Below, in pieces: positions 40,222 to 49,480 of a stretch of DNA of 64,000 nucleotides (within the stretch, counting starts at the first letter, position 1; the number at the start of each line of letters is the position of its first letter). Both the position numbers and the translations under genes were made by a program. The DNA is from a bacterium. GTDB lineage: Bacteria > Zixibacteria > MSB-5A5 > GN15 > FEB-12. The DNA lies in assembly GCA_043811375.1 (NCBI GenBank), contig JBDRNJ010000039.1, forward strand, positions 1-64,000, read 5' to 3'. The notes beneath the pieces were generated by a model. It was not told where the DNA came from. It was given only the letters and a program-made list of their open reading frames with translations, and did not search any database.

Positions 40222-42772
40222 ATGAAACAGATGCAATCTCTGGTTTTTATGGCGTTGCTGATGCTGATGCCATTCGGAACGGCTCAAGGTGCCAATGAGA
40301 TCACCCTTGACCACGTAGCGAATGTCACCGGCAGCGATACTGTGATCACTGACGGGTATATCCCGGTGGGGGATACCGCCAGGTTCGTGTTCCGCTGGAC
40401 CTATCAGGATGGTACCAAGAATCTTGGTGCCTCCGCCAATGGCTTTCAGGTATACGAGAAAAACAATGGCACCTTCTTCCCGATTACCTATGATACTGTC
40501 TCTGGCTGTGGACTTGGTTCAAGGTTCAATGCGGTCTTTATTAACGATTTCTCCGTTTCGGGAACCGGCCGGGACACTATTGGCTTTGGAGGATATGCAA
40601 TCGCCCCGGGTATTGAAGTCGGATACAATACTGCAGTGTGGTTCATTACATCCGGAAGTGACAATGCCGGGGACACTGTTTGTATTGACTCCAGTTTTTA
40701 TCCACCGGGCGGCAGGTGGGCTTGGTCGTGGATGGGCGGGGGTACATTCGAGCCGGATTGGGGCGGACCCTATTGCTATCTGATCAAGGATACTATCGAA
40801 TTTCAGCCGGAGTTGGTGTTAACCCCGGACACGCTGCATTTCACTGCTGTCGAAGCCGGCGCTAACCCGCCTGCCGACAGCTTTGAAGTCACTGAGACCG
40901 GTGGCTTTAACATCGCTTTTGCGGCAGCCGAAACGGCCGGCTGGTTTTATCTGAACAAGACCGGCGGCACCACGCCGGAATATGTAACGGTGAATGCTGA
41001 TATTACCGGTCTTGCACCGGGCACTCATTTTGACTCGGTGGAAGTCAGTTCCGGTGTGGCGGTTAATTCGCCGCAGTTTGCCTATGTAACCCTGGAAGTG
41101 ACCCCGGCGCCGAAGTACCTGGCTGTTAATCCTGACACGCTGCATTTCACAGCTGTCGAAACCGGCGCTAACCCGCCTGCTGACAGCTTTGAAGTCACTG
41201 AGACCGGTGGCTTTAACATTGCTTTTGCGGTAGCGGAGACGGCTGGATGGTTTGGTGTCAACAAGACCGGCGGCACTACCCCGGAATATGTAACGGTGAA
41301 CGCTGATATTACCGGTCTTGCTCCGGGCACTCATTTTGATTCGGTGACGGTCAGTTCCGGTGAGGCGGACAATTCGCCGCAGTTTGCCTATGTGGCCCTG
41401 GAAGTGACGCCGGCACCAAAGTACCTGGCTGTTAATCCTGACACGCTGCATTTCACAGCTGTCGAAACCGGCGCTAACCCGCCTGCCGACAGCTTTGAAG
41501 TCACTGAGACCGGTGGCTTTAACATCGCTTTTGCGGTAGCGGAGACGGCTGGATGGTTTGGCATCAACAAAACCAGCGGCACGACGCTGGAGCAGGTGGC
41601 AGGTGACAGTGGATGTCAATATCACCGGCTTGAGCGCTGGTGACTATCTTGACTCGGTGACGGTCAGTTCCGGTGAGGCGGACAATTCGCCGCAGTTTGC
41701 TTATGTAACCCTGGAAGTGACGACTATTGCCGCTAACATAATCACTCTGGACCAGGTCAACAATGTCTCCGGCGGCGATACTGTAATTACGGACGGGTAC
41801 ATTCCGGTCGGTGATACTGTCAGGTTCACTTTCCGGTTGACTTACACTGATGGAACGAGCAAGCTCGGCGGCTCGTCCAACGGCTTCGAAGTGTATGAAG
41901 AAAACGGCGGAGACTTCTTCCCCATCGTCTGTGACACTCTACCGATCGGTTGGGATGCCTGGTACGAGATGTTTTTCTTCAGCTCCTTCAGCGTCGACGG
42001 TATGGGTGCCGATACGATCGGTTTTTCAGGCATTGACATCTTCTCGACACTGGGGATTCCCGTCGGTTTTGATTTGGCGGTCTGGTATATCGAGTCAGGC
42101 AGTGACATCGACGGTGATACTCTCTGTATCGACTCCAGTTATTTCCCTCCGAGCGGTGAATGGCTCTGGTTACCGCAGGGCGATGATATATTCACCCCGG
42201 ATTGGGGCGGACCCTACTGCTACCCCATCCAGGGTGAGGTTGAGATTCCGCCCACTGTGGCGATAAGCCCGGACACAATACGAGTTTTTCAGGCTAACGC
42301 CATCGACACTATCTGGACTTTCATCTATCTCGGCAATTTCACCGACGGTCACACCGTGAATGACATCGACCCGTCCTCTCTGATAATCAACTCAAGTATG
42401 ACGCCAACTTCCTGGGCCATCCTGCCCTCGCATCCGGGTTTTGTCGGCGAGGTGATGGAAATGACGTTGCCTATTCGCGATTTCATCCTGTATTATGGGT
42501 TGCTTTGGGACGCCACCGTCCAGGTTTACACAGTTGAAGGGGATTTCGTAAGCAAGTCTGATTTCTCCGTTGATGGCGAAGTTACCATGATCGGCCATAC
42601 CTCCGGCGATCTTGACGGCGATGGTGCAGTGACGGTTTCTGACCTGACTTACCTGGTGGCGTACCTGTTCACCGGAGGTAAACCGCCGGTGATGGAGGCT
42701 GCCGATGTCGACCACGACGGTATGGTCACTGTTTCGGACTTGACCACTCTGGTATATTTGCTGTTTGGATAG
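40222..42772 (+). pseudogene. Multi-domain secreted protein (A-B-B-B-A-C-dockerin), split by a 7-bp duplication frameshift
   Basis: ORFs 40222..41643 and 41558..42772 join if one GCAGGTG at 41592-41605 is removed; signal peptide, BACON/Ig-like repeats, C-terminal GDLDGDG..VSDLTYLVAYLF dockerin-like module. Confidence 0.8.
40825..41720 (+). repeat. Three near-identical 306-bp (102-aa) tandem domain repeats
   Basis: Units begin at 40825, 41131 and 41437 (PDTLHFTAVE.GANPPADSFEVTETGGFNIAFA). Confidence 0.92.
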
Positions 42773-42840
42773 TTGGGTATTGGTGTGGCTTGTTTTTGAG
42801 TTATCGGCCCGCTCGACAGGAGGAGCGGAAGAGTAACTTT

Positions 42841-43566
42841 TTAAAGCGGTGTGCCCAGACGGGACCAACGGATGTGGGAGGGGAAGTTGTACAGTCCATA
42901 CCCGATCCACTGGACGGCGTTGAACACATAGGGGAATTCCCAGTTAGGGGCATCCGGGTCGGGCGCCCATGACCAGTAAACAAAGACCGCTTTCCCTCTG
43001 ACGTTCTCTTCGGGCACCGGGCCCCAGAAGCGGCTGTCGCGACTGTCGTCGCGGTTGTCACCCATGACGAACAGTTGTCCTTCCGGCACCAGGAAGGGGC
43101 CGAAATTGTCCCGGAATGAAAGATCGCCCGGAATTATGCGTTTGTCCATGTGTTTCGAGTGCGGTGGGATTTGGGCCACCTGCTCATTAACGTAAAGAAC
43201 TTTGTCGGCAATCTGTACCGTCTGGCCGGGAGTTGCCGCTACCCTTTTGATGAAATCTTTCTGCGGGTTGTTGGGATACTTGAATACGATAATGTCGCCC
43301 GTCTGCGGTGAACCACCGTACTGGTAGGCCAGCTTGTTGACGAAGATATAGTCTCCCTCAAACAGGGTATCGTCCATGGAAGACGAACTGACCCGATAGG
43401 CCGAAACTACGAACACCCGCAAGAGGACGGCGGCGACCAGGGCGATGATGGCGGTTTCGAGGTACTCCCGCCAGAGCGGTTTGCGCTCACGATGACGGCG
43501 AACCTTGCTGGCCTCTTTATTCGTCTGGGCCCGCTTGATATCCTGAATAAGAAAGTCTTGATCCAT
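42841..43566 (-). CDS. lepB: Signal peptidase I
   Basis: SSSMDDTL (catalytic Ser), GDIIVF, FIKRV (Lys), VMGDNRDDSRDSRFWG. Confidence 0.96.
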   Translation of the reverse strand: MDQDFLIQDIKRAQTNKEASKVRRHRERKPLWREYLETAIIALVAAVLLRVFVVSAYRVSSSSMDDTLFEGDYIFVNKLAYQYGGSPQTGDIIVFKYPNNPQKDFIKRVAATPGQTVQIADKVLYVNEQVAQIPPHSKHMDKRIIPGDLSFRDNFGPFLVPEGQLFVMGDNRDDSRDSRFWGPVPEENVRGKAVFVYWSWAPDPDAPNWEFPYVFNAVQWIGYGLYNFPSHIRWSRLGTPL

Positions 43567-43855
43567 ACTCTTAGGGTTATCGGTTTCAGAAGATGATTCC
43601 TTTAGGCTGTATCGGTGGTTTTTGGTGATAACCGCAAGGGTGACTGCAAGATAAGACTCCGTAGCCAGTCTCGGCGAGTCGCCGGCTCAATTGACGCTCA
43701 TTAATGAACGAAACCGGGTCAGACAATCTGCGTATCCAGAGTAAAGAGAAAGATATTCGTCCCGGGGCCGCCGACCGGCAATAATCCGGTTGCCGGACGA
43801 GGAGATTCTCTTTTTCTTGTCACAGTTTTTTAATCGGCGGCCACTTTGTAAATGT

Positions 43856-45838
43856 ATGAGGCATGACGTGGATCGGTTAACGAAAAGAAATACACCGGCA
43901 CGGCACGAGTTGCCCTGGGACGGTGTTACCGACAGAGATTATCCGGAAACACGGATCGCGGCGATTGCGGCCCGCCTGCCGGTCTGGCTGCTGCTGGTGC
44001 TGATGGTCAGTTTTCCGTCCGGCCCGATCATGTCCCAGTCGACTATACCGCCCAGCGAAGTGGTCAACGGTAAGCGGGAAAAACTTGTCCTGCACTTCAG
44101 CCAGGAAGCGCGGCTTATGGCTGAGGAATACCTCGACCTGTTAAAACAGTTGCGGGTTCTTTCCGATGATTATCGCGACTATTTCACTGCCGCTCACACC
44201 GAGTTGGCCGAGGTGCATCTGAAGGAGTTGTCGCTTCTTGCCCACCGCCTCGACGAGGGTGAATACCTGTCCGACCCGGAAAAATTGACCGTCGATATCG
44301 ACCAGGTGCAACGAGCAATAGAAAAGCAGCAGGCCGACCTGAAAAAAAGTGACCGCCGTGCATTCCGGCTGACGCACAGTCTCCAACAGGAGCTGGAGGT
44401 TATGCGGGCGCTGTTGGATGAGCAGACGGTGCAAGCACCCAGACGAAAAAAAGAATCATCGCTGCAAATGGAAGAGCTTCTGGAGGTGATCCGGGTGGCA
44501 ACCGAGGCAGGGACAGAGGGTTTGTCCGGTACCTTCATTATGATTACGACCGACCATGACGGCGACACCATCTCGATATCACTGGATGAACTTTGTGAGA
44601 TACCTCTGCCCGCAATTGTCGGCTTGGAGCCCCTACCGGCGCTTCGACAACCAGTGGTTGTTCCGGCCCCTCGCGAGATCGAGTTCATCAGTCGATCGGC
44701 GGGGTCGGGAGTAGTTCGAGAATTCGTCGACAGCATTCGGGTGACGTCCAATACTCAGCCGATCTACATTGACAATCCCATCGGTGATCTGGAGATATCC
44801 GGTTGGGATCGCCCGGAAATCGTGGTCGTCTCCACGGTCGAGGTGACGGCCGAATCGCGAGCTGAAGCCAAAAAGTACGCCGAGAGGGTGGCGCTGCAAA
44901 CCCGCAGTGAAGCCGATAAAATTCAGGTTGAAGTCATCGTACCCAGCCTGACCGATCCTCGAATCAGTGTCACCAACAGTGAACTGAGGGTCAGTGTGCC
45001 CAACCGCAACCCGCTGATCGTCACCGGTTCCTTCGGCAAGGTCTACATAACAAAGGTCCGTGGAGGTGTGATTCTTCAGGCCAATTACTCCCCGGTGGAA
45101 ATCGACAACGTGGACGGCCACGTTGTGATTGTCAATACGATGGCAAGAGTGGACTTGTCACGGATTACGGGAACGATCAAGGTGACGAATTCGTATGGCC
45201 CTATTGAGGTGTCGCGGTGCCACGGTGACATGGAGATCGAAAACTCCTTCTCATCGACGGAACTCTCTTATTGTGAAGGAAACGTGGTGATTCACAGCAG
45301 CGGCGACATTGACGTCCTGAGGCATTCCGGTTCCGTTCATATCGAGAACAAGAATGGGCGGGTTGAAGTAACCAAACTCGAGGGCAATCTCAGTGTGAGC
45401 AACTCTTTCCAGTTGCTTTCGGTGGAGGATATCTTCGGGTCGGCTGAGTTAAAGAATAACAACGCTAGTATCAGGATCTTTAATGTCACCGGCGAAATTT
45501 CAGCGGACAATTCCTACGGCTCCATATCCGGCGAACTCTTGTCTGGCCCGCTCCATCTGACCAATCGTAAAGGCAGTATCGACGTCACCCTTGCTGAGAA
45601 AGTGACCGGACCATCGACAATAGACGCCTCCTTTGGAAGCATCAGGCTGGCGGTGTGGCCCGGTTCGGACCTGTTGCTACAGGCAACGACAACCGGGGGA
45701 GATATTCAGAGTCATTATCCCCTGGATGTGGTCGACTCCGGTCTGATTAAGAAAACCCGATTATCTCTGGGTAAGGGATCTTCGCTATTGACCGTGACCG
45801 GTGGAAATTCGGAGATTCTGATAGAAGAAGCGCGGTAA
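43856..45838 (+). CDS. DUF4097-like beta-strand repeat (putative adhesin) protein with N-terminal helical region
   Basis: Repeated G.I...N..G.I.. units in the C-terminal half; hydrophobic N-terminal segment; start uncertain. Confidence 0.75.
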   Translation: MRHDVDRLTKRNTPARHELPWDGVTDRDYPETRIAAIAARLPVWLLLVLMVSFPSGPIMSQSTIPPSEVVNGKREKLVLHFSQEARLMAEEYLDLLKQLRVLSDDYRDYFTAAHTELAEVHLKELSLLAHRLDEGEYLSDPEKLTVDIDQVQRAIEKQQADLKKSDRRAFRLTHSLQQELEVMRALLDEQTVQAPRRKKESSLQMEELLEVIRVATEAGTEGLSGTFIMITTDHDGDTISISLDELCEIPLPAIVGLEPLPALRQPVVVPAPREIEFISRSAGSGVVREFVDSIRVTSNTQPIYIDNPIGDLEISGWDRPEIVVVSTVEVTAESRAEAKKYAERVALQTRSEADKIQVEVIVPSLTDPRISVTNSELRVSVPNRNPLIVTGSFGKVYITKVRGGVILQANYSPVEIDNVDGHVVIVNTMARVDLSRITGTIKVTNSYGPIEVSRCHGDMEIENSFSSTELSYCEGNVVIHSSGDIDVLRHSGSVHIENKNGRVEVTKLEGNLSVSNSFQLLSVEDIFGSAELKNNNASIRIFNVTGEISADNSYGSISGELLSGPLHLTNRKGSIDVTLAEKVTGPSTIDASFGSIRLAVWPGSDLLLQATTTGGDIQSHYPLDVVDSGLIKKTRLSLGKGSSLLTVTGGNSEILIEEAR

Positions 45839-45885
45839 GCTACCCCGGTCTCACGTGAGTTCATCTACCCGGGCCGCCGGACTGA

Positions 45886-47205
45886 TTAAGTGGGTACCGT
45901 CTCCGGCTCATCGACGGTGAATCTTTCACCAAGCTGCTTTTTTAGATCAATGATGCGATCGTCGTCATGATAGATGGTGGTCTCAAACGACGTCAATCGA
46001 GTCAGTTCCTCCATGACTGACTGCACCGTTTTTACCGCCGCCAGAATAATCCGCATGGCTTTGTCGATCGCTTCCTGTTGAGCAACGACATCATCCTTTT
46101 GCAGAGTTACCTGTACTAATTGGGCGCGGCCAAGGATCGTCCCCAGGGCATTGTTGATGTAATGGTTAAATGTTGCCGATATCGTTTTGAGCGTCTCGAG
46201 AGCCGCTCGATCAAGTTCGGCCTGAGCCAGTTTTTGCTGCATCCGACGCTGTTCTCGCAACATCCCTTCAACGGTTTCATACTGATGAAACAACATACGA
46301 TTAGCTTCGGCCAGCAGGTCGCTCGGTGACCCCACCTCGATTTCCAGAAACTGCGCTTCCACCATTGTTTGGTCCAGGTGGGTTTTTTCTATCTCAGTCA
46401 ATTTCTCATCCGACAACTTCAGGCTGGATGTCAGGTTCTTTTTTCTGTCGAGCATTGAAGGACTCATCGCCCCGACGTCGGTCACGGTGAAACGAGCCAT
46501 GACCTCTGCCAGAGATATCGTCTGCGGCAGACGCAGGTCCGGTTCCCAGGTATCGCTGCCGAAATCGTGATAGTGATGACCGACCGCTTCACACATAGAC
46601 ACCGGCAATTTCCACTGTTCCATCAGGAATTGCCCCACCCGGGCGTGGTTGGTGCCAAATTGTTGCTCTTCTTGTTCCACCGCTTCGTCTTCCGACACCG
46701 ACCGCCCCCAGATCCGCTGAGATTCATCGGGAAAAGCTTTCTGAAGTACCAGCAGGCCGATGTCATGCAGGAGGCCACAGGCAAAGGCTTCCTCCACGGG
46801 CGAGTGCCCGACCGCTTCGGCGATCATTCGCGCTGCTACGGCTACTTCCAATGAGTGTCTCCAGAAACGCACCTGATCGAAAGTGGTCGACCAGCGACCG
46901 GTCAGGTCATAAACCGACGCCGACAGTGCAATCGCCGTTACGGCCCTGATCCCGAGCATCATAACGCCCTGCCGGACTGAAGATATCTCTCGCCCGGCAC
47001 CGTAGAACGGCGAGTTGACGGTTCGTAGAATCCGGACCGTCAGGGCGGGATCGCGCCTGAGGACATCCGCCAGGTCACCGGCCGAGGAGTCTTCGTCTCC
47101 GGCTACCCGTAGCACCTCGACCAGTGTCTGCGGCAGGGATGAAAGCTCCTGGTGTTCATCAAGAATCGTCTGGAATATGTCTGTGCTCATAGTACTCGCA
47201 GTCAT
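45886..47205 (-). CDS. HDOD domain protein with C-terminal HisKA-like helix (no HATPase domain)
   Basis: LSSLP, DPALTVRILRTVNSPFYG, FWRHS, GLLHDIG, HARVG, then FNHYINNALGTI; start 47205 or 47190. Confidence 0.85.
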   Translation of the reverse strand: MTASTMSTDIFQTILDEHQELSSLPQTLVEVLRVAGDEDSSAGDLADVLRRDPALTVRILRTVNSPFYGAGREISSVRQGVMMLGIRAVTAIALSASVYDLTGRWSTTFDQVRFWRHSLEVAVAARMIAEAVGHSPVEEAFACGLLHDIGLLVLQKAFPDESQRIWGRSVSEDEAVEQEEQQFGTNHARVGQFLMEQWKLPVSMCEAVGHHYHDFGSDTWEPDLRLPQTISLAEVMARFTVTDVGAMSPSMLDRKKNLTSSLKLSDEKLTEIEKTHLDQTMVEAQFLEIEVGSPSDLLAEANRMLFHQYETVEGMLREQRRMQQKLAQAELDRAALETLKTISATFNHYINNALGTILGRAQLVQVTLQKDDVVAQQEAIDKAMRIILAAVKTVQSVMEELTRLTSFETTIYHDDDRIIDLKKQLGERFTVDEPETVPT

Positions 47206-47319
47206 ATCCCATATATCGACTGATTCGTGGGGGGATTTACGTCTGCCGCCCACAACGCCAGACCCTCTGTCACGCGATTGAGAATACCGGTGACTTGTCA
47301 CCGGCGATACCCCCAGCGT

Positions 47320-48546
47320 TCAGCGGCATCTGTCCAGTTTGGATTTCAGGCGCTGCAGGCGTTTTATCAGCAGTTGCTGCTGACGCCGACTGGGGGGAGT
47401 AATATTATCCGCCCGTCGGGTGTAATGAAAGGCCCGGTCGATGTCTTTAACCCTGTGTTCATAGTACTTGGCCAACTCCACGTTGGCCCGGAAACCTTCC
47501 CGGGAGGAAGCTCCGGAGAGCTTTCCCCACAGTGTCGCCGCCTGATCCCAATGACCGGCTCTCTTGAAAACCTGAGCATGAAACAACAGCATATCATCTG
47601 GTGGCGACCCGGGCGTCAGGGCGTCTATACGTTGATACAAGTCGATAACACGCCGGTTATCGCGACGGCGATTATATATCCGAGACAATGAGTAGAGATC
47701 ATCGGCTGAGTTCAGCAGGCGCCCTTCGGTCTGAAACGTCTGCACCAGGTAAACCGTCAGAAACCAGAGTGAAACTATGTCGAGCCGGTTATGTTCCATA
47801 ACGGCTGCCAACGGTTTCGGGTTCTGCCGGGCCAGCCAGTCGAAATAGACGGACGGGATCAGGTAACCGGGAATGTCGTCTTCCCGGAAGAAACCGAACA
47901 GTTCCCGTTCGATATTGACCAGACGACAGTCACCCAGTCGCCGACGAAACAGACGCCGTACGGGATGCAGCAGGTCAAGGTGGCGTTGAAAAGGAAGCCG
48001 GCGTGCCACCCGATTGATTATCATACGGTCTCTAAGAAGCGGGAGATCGAAAGCGGCTCCGTTGTAGCTGACCACGGTCCGCTCGTTGCCGAACTCCGTC
48101 AGCAACACCTCCAGCATGGCTGCTTCATCGGAGTAGTCGGGAATCAGGTATTGCCGCACCTGCAGTCCATTGTCGACAACCGAAGCACACCCCACCAGGA
48201 AAGCGACCGCCCCGGCTCCTCCCAGACCGGTCGTTTCGGTGTCAATCATCAGCAGCGACTCCGGCCGGATACTGTCCGGTTCGTCCCGCCAGGTAAAGGC
48301 GGAAGCGGGTAACGACTCGACACTCAGCGTTTCGTCCAGTGTCAGATCACCATGGCGGTAGGTTGGTGTATAGAAAGTTTTTGCCAGGCAGAAGGAACCG
48401 GCCGCACCGCTGACAATCCCCCCACCCAAAGCATCGGCCATCCGGAGGTAACTATCCGGCGCCGATACTGGCTCAGCTACTGATCTCTCACCGAGAATAG
48501 CGCCATGAAATTGATCAAGCCGGTGACGCAGGTTATTGGTCGACAT
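47320..48546 (-). CDS. RNase H-like DEDD exonuclease + TPR (YprB/MrfB-like)
   Basis: IDTETTGL, SYNGAAFDLP, HLDLLH, HNRLD; C-terminal ELAKYYEHR TPR-like region. Confidence 0.85.
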   Translation of the reverse strand: MSTNNLRHRLDQFHGAILGERSVAEPVSAPDSYLRMADALGGGIVSGAAGSFCLAKTFYTPTYRHGDLTLDETLSVESLPASAFTWRDEPDSIRPESLLMIDTETTGLGGAGAVAFLVGCASVVDNGLQVRQYLIPDYSDEAAMLEVLLTEFGNERTVVSYNGAAFDLPLLRDRMIINRVARRLPFQRHLDLLHPVRRLFRRRLGDCRLVNIERELFGFFREDDIPGYLIPSVYFDWLARQNPKPLAAVMEHNRLDIVSLWFLTVYLVQTFQTEGRLLNSADDLYSLSRIYNRRRDNRRVIDLYQRIDALTPGSPPDDMLLFHAQVFKRAGHWDQAATLWGKLSGASSREGFRANVELAKYYEHRVKDIDRAFHYTRRADNITPPSRRQQQLLIKRLQRLKSKLDRCR

Positions 48547-49480
48547 CTGATACTGCCCGGCGGGTCGATTGTATTTTGAGCCGGGTGAAACGATCTGTCT
48601 CGCGGTCCGTCAACATCCGGTGGTAACCGCAGTTGTCAAGTGGGTCAGCTTTGATAATCGCGGTCGCGGCGTGCGCTCGCCGGTCGGGATCGTCGGACAG
48701 TGTTTGCCCCAGAAGCAGTTCCAGGGCTTCATCGGTGCCGATTTCGCCCAGCAACCGGCAACCGAGATCACCAACGAAATCGTTGTCCGATGCCAATGAA
48801 TCACCAAGAACCGCCATTACATCGACCGTATCCATCTTCAAAAGTGCTTCGGCGGCCGCCAGACGGACGCCATAAAACGAATCTCCCAGAAGGTGCACCA
48901 GTGACGCAACAGAGCGAGCTACTGTCAGTTTGCCACAAGCCACCACGGCTGCTTTGCGGACCTGCCCGATAGTGTCACCCAGGGCTTCCACGGCGGCTTC
49001 GCTGCCCCGTTGATCGCCAATCTTGCCCAGCGCACCTATGGCCTGGTCACGCACCTGCCAGCGAGAATGACCAGTCACGTCTATCAGCGGCTGCACGGCG
49101 GCAGTATCGCCGATGTCGCCCAACGCCCAACAGACCCGCTGCACCACCAGGCCGTCGCTTCGCTTCAGCGCCGTCACCAGGTAAGGCACCGCCTCGGAGC
49201 CGATCTTCTGCAGGATCCAGATTATCGTCCACCGTTCACGCGCCGACTTGGTGGTTAACTTATCCACCAGGATCGGCACCGCGTCAATTCCGAGTGCCGC
49301 AATCGAATCCTGTGCCGGTTCGACCAGATCCCGGTATTTCACTTCACCGGACGAAGCAATCACAAACAGTGAATCAATCTTTCGCTCCAGGGCGGCGTCG
49401 GTGGCCGCCGTTTCAACGGTTATCAACGCCACAAATAACAGCAACACCGTCGCCTGCGATATCACATTCTTACGCATCAT
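48533..49480 (-). CDS. Secreted HEAT/PBS-lyase repeat protein
   Basis: Signal peptide; repeated VR..A..ALG.IG...AV..L units. Confidence 0.85.
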   Translation of the reverse strand: MMRKNVISQATVLLLFVALITVETAATDAALERKIDSLFVIASSGEVKYRDLVEPAQDSIAALGIDAVPILVDKLTTKSARERWTIIWILQKIGSEAVPYLVTALKRSDGLVVQRVCWALGDIGDTAAVQPLIDVTGHSRWQVRDQAIGALGKIGDQRGSEAAVEALGDTIGQVRKAAVVACGKLTVARSVASLVHLLGDSFYGVRLAAAEALLKMDTVDVMAVLGDSLASDNDFVGDLGCRLLGEIGTDEALELLLGQTLSDDPDRRAHAATAIIKADPLDNCGYHRMLTDRETDRFTRLKIQSTRRAVSDVDQ

